Origin: Amphiscolops sp. MND2022
Taxonomy: Eukaryota
Assembly: GCA_964187785.1 (NCBI GenBank)
Contig: OZ076409.1
Coordinates: forward strand, 92,008,001-92,072,000
Reading direction: 5' to 3'
Length of the DNA stretch: 64,000 nt
Shown: positions 49,453-63,100 of the stretch, piece after piece
How the letters are laid out: every line of letters begins with the position of its first letter
Position numbering within the stretch: position 1 is the first letter of the stretch
Notes under the pieces: generated by a model
The model's input: only the letters and a program-made list of their open reading frames with translations
Database searches by the model: none
What the model was told of the DNA's origin: nothing
Position numbers and translations under genes: made by a program

Positions 49453-51957
49453 AGTTCTATAAAACTGAAATGTCTCCGAAACAAAATCATAAAAGCCGCT
49501 CGACCACAGTCACTGGCATGGTGATAGGATTGGAGACTTTTCAATGAACACACATTTATTTTTATGTTTTGCATTGCATTATTTTCCTTTTTTCAATTTT
49601 TTGTTGACTCTGCTTTTTTCTTTTATCTTTTGCTGACTCTATGTTTACACATCTTGCACTTTCACATTTACGAACTCAATCGGTGTCGTTCAATACACTG
49701 ACACACTGTTGGCTTTTATATTCATCAACTTCCCTGACTGTTTTTGACGACGTAAGCAAACTATTTTTTTCCTTCTTTTTCTCTTTTGTTTCAGTGCGTT
49801 TTTCTTCTCTCCATTTTCTTCAATTTTTCACTTTTGACTGTTGTTTCCAAGTAGGACTTTTTCACTGTTTTTGGCACCTCTGCCTTTTTCCCGTTTTTCC
49901 TCTTCTTCCTTCTTTGCATCTTTTCTTGCCTCTTGGCTCTCTCATTTTTCGTTTTAAAATTCTTCTCCCGTAGCTTTTTTTAGATTTCTTTCCTCTTTTT
50001 TCTTTTTTTTTTGCCACGCGCGGCAACACAAGCAGAGAAACACGGTGATCAAACATTGGTGTCGGATCCATCTGTCGTTGCAGCTGGAGACAGCTGACAT
50101 TCCGGCCGGGGCTCTTTGCTCAAAGAGAGGAAGCCCCCCCCCTCTTGCCGCATAAGTGCCTTCGGCACAACACCGAAGAACGAAGTCTTCAGACTTTCCC
50201 GAAGGGCAGTTCATTTGCCTTGCAACTGAAAGAGTCGAAAATCATATTAGACTTCACTCACTTTCATCATATATTTCATTTGATCCGCCTAACTTCTTCT
50301 AACTTCAAAAGCATGCATCAACATCCGGTGTAAAAATCTCGAAGCTGAACGTTCACAGCCTACGGCTCACGCCATCACCATTTTTGGATGGATCATTCTT
50401 TTTTCGACGTTCTTTGTGATTACACCACTTCGTAATAAAAATTCTTTAAATCTTTACGCTAGCATAAGTTCAAAATTCAATCTGTGATATTTTTTCTTCC
50501 GCATTCTAGACATTTTGCGTTTCAACTGCGAACTTTGAGCTCACCTTCTGACCTTCTTTTGTCTAAATTACTAAAAATCCAGTCGACGTCCAACTTTTGA
50601 ATTTCATTTCACAGAGTACAAAAATACAACTCTTGAGTACAATAAAAATTCAATATCCAATGTCACTGCTGCTGCGTCTTGCTGCCTATCTGCTTCCTAG
50701 GTCTCCGTGCTCTGGTTGAGCCCATAGCAATGCAGATGGTCGAACTAAACCAGCCAATACAAGCAAGACTCGCACAAACAGCCACATTGAAGATGACATT
50801 TTTACTCGGACTTGGCAGCTTCATAATATCCATGCTTTTTCATTTGCTGTTCATGTATTTGTTTCACCGCTACTATAGATTGCATGAATTCCTGCCATTC
50901 ACGCAATTTCTTGAAGATAAAGAAAATAAAACGACACAAAAAATCACTTTACAACCGATTTTTCATGTCCCGCAAGAATACATTTCATTCTTAGAAACTG
51001 ATGAATCTTTTCCTTGGCGCAACAGGTGCCTTCTAACTCCTGCACCCACCCCAGCCCAGCCTTGTACTTTCTATGCCGAACGGCAATTGTAAGAACTTGC
51101 CTGCAAAGGTCACTCTACCTTTCTTTTTAGGATCAGGAACTTTTTGTGCCTCGTTGCTTACGTACATTTTTGTACCCATCCAAAGTATTTTCCTCCGCAC
51201 ACGTCTCATCTAGCAAACATAGTAATCATTTTTTTTATCTTGACTGCCAAATAAACAATTGTGTAGTGCGCACGTCGACACGTGCCGCTTTGGTGACCTT
51301 CCGGTGAGACTTGCATCAAAATTTGCTCCGTTCACGATACTGTTAATAACCACGCTGTTATCACCTGGCTTTTGCTTGTGTCATTAAGCCAATTTTTCTC
51401 ATTCATTAACCCCCTTTTGTAACTGCCTTTTTTCCTTTTCGCTCTTTTCTTGTATCACACGTGTTCATGCAGGACACGTTTCTTATTTTTCCCTTTTTTA
51501 GGCTCCTCTTATTTTATTTCCTTATGTCGTTGTCGTATGTAACTTTTTTCTTTTTGGGCATCTGTATAGGCTTTGCTTAGTTCCATTCGGTAGATTCATC
51601 TCTCTTCTGTTTCATGCCGGCGTCTTATCATCACCACCTGAAATATCATAACTACCCGGGACATTCCCTCTTCTTAAAAGCGGGGAGTGTCATGAAAAAG
51701 TCATGGACAACTGTACTACAATAACAAAATTTCGTTGAAGTGCAGATCACAGCCAATCAAAAAAGCCAGCAATCACAATTCAACACACTGGACGAATTAA
51801 AAAGGTGGACAAGCGGACCAGAAGGAGAATAGGCAGAAAACTTGTTGGACTGATTCAACTGTACTAAATAATCTCATCTTAATCTAACTTTCTCACTTGT
51901 CAAAATAAAACCAATCTTTCTACCCAAATTGTATTTTCTCTAAAGTTAGAAAGTTCT
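49144..51957 (+). mobile_element. Non-autonomous small-LTR element: 5' LTR 49144-49518, PBS-like TGGTGATAGGA, 2.2-kb internal region without gag-pol, PPT, truncated 3' LTR 51688-51957; partial LTR copy at 46371-46679
   Basis: TGTCATG..GGCA LTR; PPT AAAAGCGGGGAG at 51676-51687 directly before TGTCATG. Confidence 0.8.
50679..51092 (+). other. Short ORF with one hydrophobic transmembrane-like segment in the env position
   Basis: FLLGLGSFIISMLFHLLFMYLF followed by HRYYR; lies upstream of the PPT. Confidence 0.3.
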
Positions 51958-54264
51958 TGTGGCTTGGAGAAAACGAGTGACTATAATAGTCGCGTTTCAC
52001 TTCATGAAGTGACGACTACAAATCACACTCTTTTTGTTCAAATCTCTCATCAGCGGTTAGCAATATCCCTGTTTTCTTGAGTGTAGTTCAACAAAATTCA
52101 TAACTTCTCTGCAAAAGCAACTCAGCTGCGTGGTGGAAGTCTGTTTTTCTCAAGAAAACTTCCGAAGACTGTATGTTTTGAAATGAAAACACAGTATTTT
52201 CACTGTTTGCACTTTTCTTGACATCAACATTTTTAGCTATCCAAGAAAATGTAAAAATGATTGAAATGACTGCTCTACATTACAATCCAATTTTCTCTCA
52301 AATGAACTTCATAAAAGATTCTCCCCGATAAAACATTTTGTCTTTCAACTTTGCCGTTCCAAAAATTATGAAAGTTTCCATTTTCAAGCGCATCGCTTTC
52401 GTTTGTGAACTCACTGCCCAAAGATCCAAGGAAACTTGAATCAAAACAAAAGCGACTCAAATTAACGTTAAAAGAGGTGTATCACTTCAAAATGAGGATA
52501 GACACAGCACTCATGTACGACTTGGATTGGTTGGATTTTAGATTCTGGTCTCCATATCGGAAGACGTCTGCATTGCCCAGCATAAAATTCAACTTGGTTT
52601 GTATTCTACACTGTCATATTTCATGACGGTTTTTTATCATAAATTTATGGATTTTAGTGTTCTTTTACTTACTACTTACTTTATGGGTACGCCAAAGATA
52701 CTGCTGACTTCCCGAAATACTGTCAGAGTGTTTTTTGGGAGCCCTATGTTCTGATGAATAACCTCATCTGCACAGCTTTCTCATCATTTCTTTCTTCATT
52801 CTAACTGTTTTAGTTACCGATTGTTTTTCAAATTGCAGCTACTTCCAGACTTCAAATTTCCCAAACTTGTTGCCAGTAAGTTTTAAAGTGTGATTGTCAA
52901 AAATTCAGATTTTTAGACCAAAGAGATTGTGCCAAGAATCTAACTATCAAAAAAGTTTTACTTGTTGCGTACGGTTTTCGCTAAACGGACTAGATTGGCT
53001 AGTTTTCTCTCCAATATGCATTTCTGCTACACTCTATTATTCAAGAAAAGAGAATTTCAACAATCTATTCACTTTTAATGGTGATAATCAAATTGGCTCT
53101 TTATAATTACCAACCAAATATATTCGAGGTATCAATTCCAAGTACAAAACGACTAATTTCAGATCGTTACTTTTGCGCCCCTTGGGGGGTCAACTTGCCC
53201 CACTCCCGGTGCTAATTCTCCCGGGACGTAGGGGAGATACGAGGTCGATTGTTCCGAGTCAAAAGTTGAGGTAACATCTCTAGTATATGTACAGATTTCA
53301 GTGTTTTTTACAGTGGAAGGTTTTCGCGCTAATCAGCAAAGCTCTTTCTTTTCAAAAAAAGATAAAATTAAACTCCCACGTTAAGCATCAAACTCAACTA
53401 ACTTGGCTCGAACAATTGTCTAATCTGTGACAACTGCAATTCGAGGTCTGCGTAAAATACCTATTATAAAATTATTATAAAATACCGTAATCCTGAAAAT
53501 TCCAGTGATCTTGGGGTGGCCGAGTCAGGCAATGGTCATCTTCCAGAGTTTCGCGAAGATTATTGACAGTAAAAAATCCAAAAAAACCAGTAAAAACTCC
53601 AAAAAGTTTTGTCGAAGATTTTTAGAACTCTTGATAGGTTGCAAAATCAGGAATAGGCAAAATCGTTTTGAAGGTCACTGGGCGTCTTCAAGCATATCCG
53701 TCATTAGAGCTAATTAAGCAAAAATAGAGTCAAGTTGAAAATTTTGAGCCCCTGTGTCTGGATGTTTGGAAGATATTTAGAAAGAATAAAAAACCGAAAA
53801 GGAGCCGTTCCAAAAGAACTCCAGTTGTCATGCTTTTTCGAAGTCCAGAATCAGCTGGTTTTGTACATCGTATCATTCTTCCAAATGAAAGAGATCATTC
53901 CGTTTTTGCTTCATAAGTGACAGAGTTGGCATGTTTTAAAACAGAGTGTTTTAAAATTGTTTTAAATAAATATTTCAAAACAGTTTTAAACATTGCCATT
54001 TTCCATGCGTATTTTAAAACAGCTATCGTTTCTTTTCATTTTCGCAAATCTCACGTCAATTGTGCGGAATCGTTCATCTTGTGTTTTTCAGGTCTGGAGG
54101 GGATTTTTAATCCTTAGATCACGTACATTCTGAAATTCAGAATAGACTGAAACCTGAGACAGTCGTCCGTAAACTGGCTTTCGTATGCACTTGCTGAATT
54201 GAGCTGCATTTTCTGAGTACTTTTTGTGATAATGAAATGAATTGAGTTTTCAACTGTCAAATGT

Positions 54265-54660
54265 TTAAAATGTTTTAAACGTATAATACACCGTTTCCGC
54301 GTTGAGTGAAGCATATCAGATGTCAAGTGAATCGTCTCGTCTTTCGTTCCAAATTTTCAGCCAATCACCGGCCACCAAACTAAAAGTGCTTTACAATCAG
54401 AAATCAAGTGAACAATATCAGCTTCCAAATGAGTTAGCAAATAAGAATCACCAACGATGCTTTCAAATTTAACAAACGCTGAGCACAGAATGCTACATGT
54501 ACACAAACTCGTATGCGGCGTTCGTTCATTCAAGCTACGATTTCGTTCATATTAAATGAGATTTGCTGTATCAAGCTAATCAGTTTCTATTGGTTGTTCA
54601 TTTAATATCTGATGTGCTTCATTTAACGTGGAAACGGTGTATTATTTTAACGTTTTAACC
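54265..54660. mobile_element. MITE-like element with about 55-bp imperfect terminal inverted repeats
   Basis: ataatacaccgtttccgcgttgagtgaagcatatcagat versus atctgatgtgcttcatttaacgtggaaacggtgtattat. Confidence 0.65.
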
Positions 54661-55415
54661 AACTCTGGCACAAACCGAAAGTGTTGTTGTGAATCATTTT
54701 TCGGTTACAAATTATTTTTAAATTGAAAAGTTTGGAAAAGTGCAAGTAGTTCAAACCTCGGTAACATCTGAAACCTTGATGCACTGGAGCTATGCAAGCG
54801 GGCTGAGATGTCACTTAAAATTTCCTACGCTTCAACTCATGTGGCCTAATTCTGCTACGACTTTCACGTCGAACTCTTTTCAGAGAATCAACTTTCAAAA
54901 GATCAAGTTCAAAAATATTTCATTACATCAGGTCTACAGCATTCGTAAATGAACTACGTATCACAGGTTTGAAAGCCATCACAAAGTAACACTTGTGCAC
55001 TCTTATATTGCTAATTATCCGAAATGGGTTCTTTTCTGCCCCCCCCCCCCCACTACCAGAATTTTTAAAAAAATTCGAAAAGAATCAGACTGGCGTATTT
55101 TAAAAAATCTTTTTCCATAACAGGAAGTTAACGCCCATTAGAAAAGTGTTTTCTTTGAACAAAATATTTTTCGCGGATTTTGACTGTAATTATGTTCGAA
55201 TGCAGTTTTTGTGGCGCAACACAGGAAGTTGTTGATTTCCTGAAAATCGTATGAACAAAGTTTGTATCTCGATTCTAAGCTGCCACTCGGAGAATAAATT
55301 TAGAATTGAAGGTTTCTGGTTTGTTTTCGAGTCTTTTTGTTTCATTGTTTTCACTAATTTTCGAAAAAAATGGTGGTGGGGGAGGGGACAGAAAAGAGTC
55401 CCAAAATGTTCTGTT

Positions 55416-56274
55416 TTAATCTTTCTTGACTGTGAATGAAATTTCGCTCAGAGGGTTGATCATGAGAGCGGCAGCTGTGCTGAGGACTCCGTGCCAGATG
55501 ATGTGAACAAACGCGTGAACAACCAGTGACGCTGTGGATGCCTGAAGAAAGGGTAAAAAGGATGAATACATTTGAAGTTTCGTGAATGAAAATATCAATG
55601 GCAAACACATTCAAGCTGAATACAATTGAATGTTCATTTCGAACATAAGAATCTTTTGTTTCAAAGCAGTCTGTGATTTTGATTGAACAATTCAGAATAT
55701 TCCAAAATTTTTATCCATTTTTGGAGTTCAAACAACCAATAGAAATTGAGGTTTGAAGTTTGTAACGCTTCCATTGTATTCTAAAATCATTTCATTGGAT
55801 AAAAACAAGAGGAATGAAAACAAACAAAATGCCCGCTAAGCACCGGGATATTTTCCGCCACACTCGTATTGCAAAAAATATTGCTAAAGTGACGTGCCGC
55901 CTAGGAAAGCAGAAAAAACTTTCAGGCTACAGCACGGGTTCGAACCCACGACCTGCTGACTGGTTTAGAAAGCTGTTTGTTTTACACCCTAACCTGGGGG
56001 TCGGCGGGAAATATGAGGAGCAGCAGGTAGATGATGATTGCCAGGACGACAAGAAGGAACCACGCGCCTGGTGGTGTCTGGTTGGTTTTATCTTCGTCTT
56101 CATCGGCCTCGCCTTCTAATCGTTGACAGATTTTCTTGTTTGCCTGAAAAACGAACAAATTTGTCCAAAACTCAATTCAATTTAAAAAAGACTTACAATG
56201 AATCAACACGACACTACGGAAAATATCATTGACCGATTTAGCGTCACCATTAGAGTAGAACAAGACGGGAACGT
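55416..56274 (-). CDS. Last three exons of a putative host membrane-protein gene (56197-56274, 55994-56112, 55416-55541)
   Basis: GT-AG, phase-compatible; spliced peptide ..VPVLFYSNGDAKSVNDIFRSVVLIHCEADEDEDKTNQTPPGAWFLLVVLAIIIYLLLLIFPADPQASTASLVVHAFVHIIWHGVLSTAAALMINPLSEISFTVKKD-stop. Upstream exons not found. Confidence 0.55.
55915..55975 (-). repeat. tRNA-derived SINE-like remnant (B-box GGTTCGAACCC) in the host-gene intron
   Basis: B-box present, but no full cloverleaf. Confidence 0.4.
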
Positions 56275-56817
56275 CTGAAGTCGGCGCTATATCTAAAGCT
56301 CAAAAATAGCAAACTTTTTAAAATTGTAAAAGGGGACACTTTAGGCTTTTTCAACATCCATTCAGTGGCAATATATCAAAAAATTGAAGGACCCTTCGGA
56401 GACAATAAAAAAATTTCGAAAAAAGTCTCTTAAAGCCGAAAAAGGGGCGGGGAAAGTCTCATAGTGCCAAATATGGAAAGGGAGACCCTTCTGCTTTGGA
56501 ATGTTTGTATTTCATGTTAGAGGCTTGGGATGCGTTCAAAATGAAGAACTAAGTACTTATGTTAAAAGTGCCCACTGACAAAAAGTGGTACATACAGGGT
56601 GAGCTCTTGTCTAGTCTGACGTTAAAAAAGAAAAAAACTAACCACTGTAATAGCTGGACACTTCTCACTAGAAAAGCGCCGGCTAAAATGTGCCAATTGG
56701 CCTATTGCGACAGTGAGGTATTCACCAAATTGCTTGGCGAAGGAACCAATATACGATTAAACAGCCATTTAAAAAGTTAATGATTAATAGGTTGATTTCT
56801 TTCTTATTCTGGTGTTT

Positions 56818-57300
56818 GTAAGTAAGTAAGTAAGTTAATTTATTTGGATGAATGAGAGAAAGAAACAAAATAATGATGCATAGCATCCGATAATTATCAA
56901 TCTAAAACATCCAAAGAAGACAAGTTATGACCATTCATGCTCTTCGAGTACTTGCCACGACAACCATTTATGACGTATTGAATCTTTTTTTTTAATGGGG
57001 AAAAATTTTCTGGTGTCTCATTACGTACTTCTTTGAACAACTCCTTGACAGGATCTTCCATGTAAAGTTCAAAAACTGTCAGCACTTTACTCTCTAAAAC
57101 CAAGCTTGCAATGGATTCGAATAGCCTTTTGAAACAATAGCTCGGATAATTCTTCGCATGCGTTTTCAATTTTTGTCAAATTCATTTTAGCTGCTGAGCC
57201 ATACACTAAGTTACCGTAGGAAATGATTGACCAGGCAAACGAATTATAGAACATGAGAAGACATTTTCTTGGATACTATCGCATGCTGCCGCCTGTGATG
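56818..57300 (-). mobile_element. 5'-truncated LINE 3' end with (CTTA)n tail
   Basis: RT C-terminal-like FYNSFAWSIISYGNLVYGS and LTVFELY; tail gtaagtaagtaagtaagt on the plus strand. Confidence 0.6.
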
Positions 57301-58458
57301 GCACACTGATAACGACAACGGCAACAAACCAAGAAATGGTACCCGGAACTCTACCTACATTTTGAGCAAATACACTGTTGAACTTTTAAAAACTCACACT
57401 TAGCAATAATATTTGTTTGCAAACCGTTATATTTTTTAATATGTCGCAGTTTATATTAGTCTGTTAAAATTACGATTTGGGTTTAGCCAAAGCAATTCGT
57501 TGATGTAGTATACTGAGAAGTGAAATTGAAATGCGAAGTTGAATTGATGCAGTAGCAAACAATAAGCAAGTTAATCGCGAGAAGGAAACGTGTTCAAGTG
57601 CGAAAACGTCCTTTCTCGGCGAAATGACTTGCTACGCATTCGTCAACCAATCAGATCGTTTCTTTTGTTGTATAGGTGCTTTTATGCTATATTGGCCGAA
57701 TAAGGCCTTTTGATTTAATGAAGCTTACGTTCACTAGCTTTTTGGTCAAATGGCCGGTTCCGGCCAATTCATGCATCATAGTACTTTTTGTTTAATTAGA
57801 CTGGTATTTACTCGGAGCTTGTAAATTTATGATTTTAAACTAAATAGAAGCGTTTGTAACACTTTGATACCCAAATAACCCCGACCAAAATAAAATGGAC
57901 AATTAAGGCCATTTTACCATGTCCCCTTAATGGGCCGTTTATTTTATGGTTTTGAACCCATTCCGGCCTTAACATGAAAACATACCTTCACACATATTTG
58001 AGTTGTATTAAATTCCTACATGCAATAATACATTCCATTCTTGATGTGGTCAGCAGTAGTCTTGTGTCGGCACGTGCCTTCACTTCACACCGTTGTAAAA
58101 TATGTCAGCGGAGGTATTTGTTGACACTTTGATACAATTGCCTTAGTTGGTAATTTGTTTGTAGCTGCTGTTTTATCAGATGACTTTTAGATGCCATTCC
58201 TTAAATGTCCCCTAATAATATGCAGGTGTCGGGACATTTTTCCTATGAAGTTGTAAATCATATGATTCCATTTTTCTTAACTAGTCATGTAAAAAATGTG
58301 ATTGTCATTCCCCGAGCAGTATAAATAGTACCACCCTGTTGGGGAGAGTCATTAAATCAGTTGGTCTTGTACTAGTAAAGATACTCAAAATACTCAATAC
58401 AGTTACTCGTTAGCTTTCCGGTTTCAATAATTGAAATATTCAACCCGGTTCTGTCTTA

Positions 58459-60164
58459 ATGCCTACTACAAGGAAACAAAAGAAAGCGAGAAAGTCAAGG
58501 GGTTTAGAAATGTTATCCGACATTGAAAATCTTGATATCATGTTGGGGGAAAATCACTCCAGTAGTAGAACCGAAAGGGACGGAAGTCTAGATAGCACTT
58601 CAATTAGAAGGCATGAAAGTGTTTTGAGTAATGACTTAGATGACGGAGAGGAAAACCCTTACTCTGATCATAAAAATTCCAATGTAAGGTCAAATGCCAA
58701 TTACGGCCAAATTTCAGCGGACATGAATTGTCAGGCTGAAATTACCAGGTTGTCGAGTGAGTTAAACTCTAGAATATCTAGAGAAACAGACGAGATGATG
58801 AGTAACGTTAGTTCCCAAATCCGAAGAGTCATAAATGAGGCTATAAGCACTCAGGTCTTGCCTCAAATTCAAAATGTTATGATGGCCGGATCGAGAAGTG
58901 AGACTAGAAGGGGATGGGAAACTTCTGTTGAGAGACCGGAAATTAACTCCGAAGTTCAGCCCAATTTAAACGTGAAAAATAATTTTGGAAATGAACAATG
59001 CGGTGACCATCGCTCTGGTGAGTTCACTAATCGAAATGTTCATGACATGGTGACAGGAGACAACGAATATCCAAATCCAGTTCCTGAGTTTCTCTCAGGA
59101 CGTATCCCATCAAGAAGTCATCTCGATCAATCCTACGAGGACATCAACCTTGACACGACGATCCCAGCGCACGAGAGAATCACTACAGCTGCAGATCCTG
59201 ACCCCATTACTAGATTGGTCAATGTCTTGACTACTATGCAGAAGAGACCAACTCACCATACGCCCGGTCAATTCCAATACAATGACCTTTGACGGCAAAA
59301 GTGAGAAGTTTGAGTTGTTCGAAGATCTTTTCCACACTATGATCAAGATGCACCCAGAAATGACCGAACAAATGAAAATTAACCATTTTCATTCACTAAT
59401 AAAGAAAAATGCTCTCCAGACGTTCAGGAATATCAATTCGACAAACAGACAAACTCTTGAAGACGTACTAGTCACCTTCCGACGAAAATACGTCAAACCT
59501 GAGTCACAGGCGACTGCCAAGCATAAATGGCACCGTCTGGTCTTTGATCCCAATACGATGAAGCTGCCCGATTTTCTTGAAGAATTAAATCAAGGGGCAG
59601 AAAAAGCGTTTGGAGACCATGCGCAAAAAATGATTGACAGTTTGCTTTACGCAGAACTGCCACCGAAATTAAAACGGTCCGTCAACATGGCCAGATTAGA
59701 AAACGGCTCATACGATGAAATAGTTGCTCATTTGGAAAAAGAACTAGAGCTCAACGCCCTCGAGGAGTCAGACGACCTACCGATGGCAACAATGGCTTCC
59801 TCATCTGCTAAGCCCAAAACTCCCCTGTCCACTGGGCAACTGTCTGACATCACCTGCATTTACTGCAACAAAAAAGAGCCACATGGTCAAGGACTGCGAG
59901 AAGCTTAAGAAGAAAAAAGAGAAAGATGCCCAACAAGGCAAACAGACTCAGAAGAAAACATATCCTGAATGTGGGACTTGTGGCAAAAAGAATCATCCGG
60001 AGGAAAGATGTTGGCAAGGTGCAGGTGCGCATCTTAAACCCAAACGCACCAGGTCCGAAGACTCAAACGAAAATAAGCCCAACTCAAAGGCTCAGAAACT
60101 TCAAAACAAGCCGACATCATCAAGCTCTCAATCCTCATCTTCCAACGATGGGTCAAAAAACTAA
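58459..60164 (+). pseudogene. gag: Gypsy-3 gag, frameshifted
   Basis: ORFs 58459-59292, 59282-59908, 59883-60164; knuckle CGTCGKKNHPEERC; ends TCA AAA AAC TAA. Confidence 0.9.
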
Positions 60165-63100
60165 CTTCGTCACGACTCCAATATAACGAACTAGTATCCG
60201 TCCGCCAATACATCAGGTCGGACCCTCCAAAGAAAACCTTTCACCAATACAATCAGCAATTGATGGGTTATTCCCTGTTGTCTGGCAGCAACAGATGGAC
60301 AAAGCTATCATCACCACCTACAACAATACCCATTTATTCCAAAAACCAATTCCTGTTTGGGACCCTGACTATACAACCACCTTTACTACCCGGTTCAGGC
60401 CCATTCCCCTGATCGATGATTACAATCCAACATACATTGACCCAGACTATGGGAGAGATCCCTATTGGGACACTGAGATTTATAATCAGGATCTATTGCA
60501 ATTTCAGTATGTTCTAGATGACATTGAACACTACAACAAAACAATCCATGAGAACCCTCCAATTACCCACAACAAGAAAACACGAGCACTATTTGAAAAC
60601 TGGCAAATGAACGATGGTACAAACCACCCAGTGTTTCCAAACCCCTTGGGGACCGAGTATCTTGAAAATAGTGCTGAATCAATACCACAATCGCTATTAG
60701 ACGAGAAACAATTCCAAAATGTACTCATTACCAAAGATGGTGAACCAGACTGTATACCCCTGTCAACCAACATTAACCTCAAGTGCAAGAAACGCATGCT
60801 TTATTTCCCAATGGACTTTGGGGAACTGACCATTGATGGACTCATAGACACTGGGGCGCTATCCAGTGCAATGCCTGAAATGGACCTCCGGAAAATACGC
60901 CTTCTATCTCCACAATCTGTCATCCGGGAAGGTCCGCCTCCAAACTTTCGAATCATGGTCGCTAATGGGCAACTGGAAACTCCCAAGAGTACCATAGAGC
61001 TCAAATTTGAAGTTGGTAACATTGAGTTCCACGAAATTTTCATAGTAATGGAACATTTGACAGGACCGATTATTGGACTAATGTTCCTTCAGAGAAATCA
61101 TACAGTGCTGGACATGAGGCAAGGAATATTGAATTTCCCGTTCTTTTCGATGCAGCTCAAAACAGCTGACCACAAATATTCCAACGTACTAGAACCGATT
61201 CTCAACCCCACTGAGATAACAATTCCGCCAAATGACAGAGTCCTAATTAGGACCAACTCCCTACTGTATCCCGAGAATGCTGTAACTGGCTACTTACAAC
61301 CAAGTGATCTTTTACATGAAGAAGGGGACATCACATTTTGCCCAGCTTTGGTCACTCTGAATGATGGCAGTATATCGATTCCTGTGAACAATTTCACAGA
61401 TCACCCTTACAAGCTCAAAAAAGGACTTCACATTGCCAATTTCTTAGTCATGACGCCAGAACAGATGAAGTACGTCAAACCGGTAGACCCGACATCAACC
61501 TGGCACCTCTTGCAAAATGACCAAGAGCAGGCAGCCCATTATGTCAGCAGCATCATCAAGACGAATAAAAATCCTCAAAATTCTGAAAATTACTGGTTCC
61601 CAACTCCTGAAAACCCTGGAAAGCCCGAGGAACACACGCCTATCCAGGAACGAATTCTACGTGAATTACAGGCCTTACAAGACCTGGAGACACTCGACTT
61701 CACCAAAGATGAAGAGTCTCGTGCAAAATTCCTAGAAAACTTTGATTGGAGAAAATTGAAAAATTGCTAGTAGAATTCCATAATATATTTGCTCGACACA
61801 GATTTGATATAGGAATGAATGAGGAATTCAAGGTGAAATTAACACTTAAGGACGATTCCCCAATCTAAAGCCAGAGCCTCCCAGCCCCTATCAACCTGAA
61901 GGAGGACATCTTAGTCGAATTAGTCATGTTACACAAATATGGCATAATCACCACCTCGAATATATTACCATTCTCGAAATATGCGAGTCCAATATTCGCA
62001 CAAAAGAAACCCAACGGCAAACTCAGACTCTTGGTTGACTTGAGAAAAATCAACAATCTTATATCATCTCGGATGATTACATAAACAATAATCACCCTGT
62101 CAGTACCTTAGTCGACGCCGCCCAACACTTAGCAGGGAAAAAAGGGTTCTGTAAACTGCCTGCCGGTGGCTGACCAACGATCAATTGAAATGTTGGCCTT
62201 TAATTTCGCCAGTCGCACATTTGCATATAGACGTTTGGCACAAGGCCTTAGCCGGGCTCTGTCCGCATTATCGAGCTTCATGAGGGAAAACCTTGATAAA
62301 GTCCTTGAAGCGGATCAGTGTGCCCAGTATGTGGACGATATCGGCATTGCAGCCAATGATGCTGACCACCTCATAGCTAACCTGAGAGCAACGTTCAAAT
62401 GCATTCAGGAAGCTGGCCTTAAGTTGACAATGCACAAATGTCACTTCGGTGCAAAAGAAATTGACTTTCTCGGACGAACTATTACCCCACAAGGCGTCAA
62501 ACCCCAGAAACAGAATGTACAAAACTTTCTGGAAAAAACCAAATTCCCGAAGTCGAAAAAGGCTTTACAACGCTATGTGGGATTCCTGAACTACTACAGA
62601 AATTATTTCCCAAGAATTTCAGAACGCCTTGCTCCATTCTACAAGATGCTGAAAAGTGATGAAAAGGTCCTAGTATCGAAAAAATTAGTCCAGCAATTTG
62701 AAGAAATCAATAAAGCACTCGACAAATGTGGCGATTTGGCCCTAGAACAACCTATCCCGAACAAGCAAATTGCACTAATGACAGATGCAAGTTTTGGTGC
62801 AGCTGGGTACGTGGTCCTAATTGAAGACGATCCAAGTCAGATATACGTCACTCAGAAAGACGTATGCTCCGGTGGCATATGGATCAAAAACCTTCACCCC
62901 AGCACAGATCAAGATGTCAATTTATGCCAAAGAATTTCTTGCATTTTACTTCGCATTCAAAGAATGTTGGCATATCTTCTGGGGTGCGCCGAAACTGGAT
63001 ATTATCCTTACAGGCAACAAAGCTGTCACGCGATTTTTTCAAACAAAAATATTACCCCCAGCCCTGTGGAATGCGTGTGATTATGTGATTCAGTTCAATT

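Noticed and set aside
50060-50210. Self-cleaving ribozyme (HDV-like or hammerhead)
   Set aside because: Hairpins are present but I could not fit the conserved catalytic core; would need an Infernal/RNAMotif search.
49862-50214. Lys/Arg-rich minus-strand ORFs
   Set aside because: By-product of a T-rich low-complexity tract.
55915-55975. tRNA gene
   Set aside because: Only a B-box/T-arm; no acceptor stem or cloverleaf.
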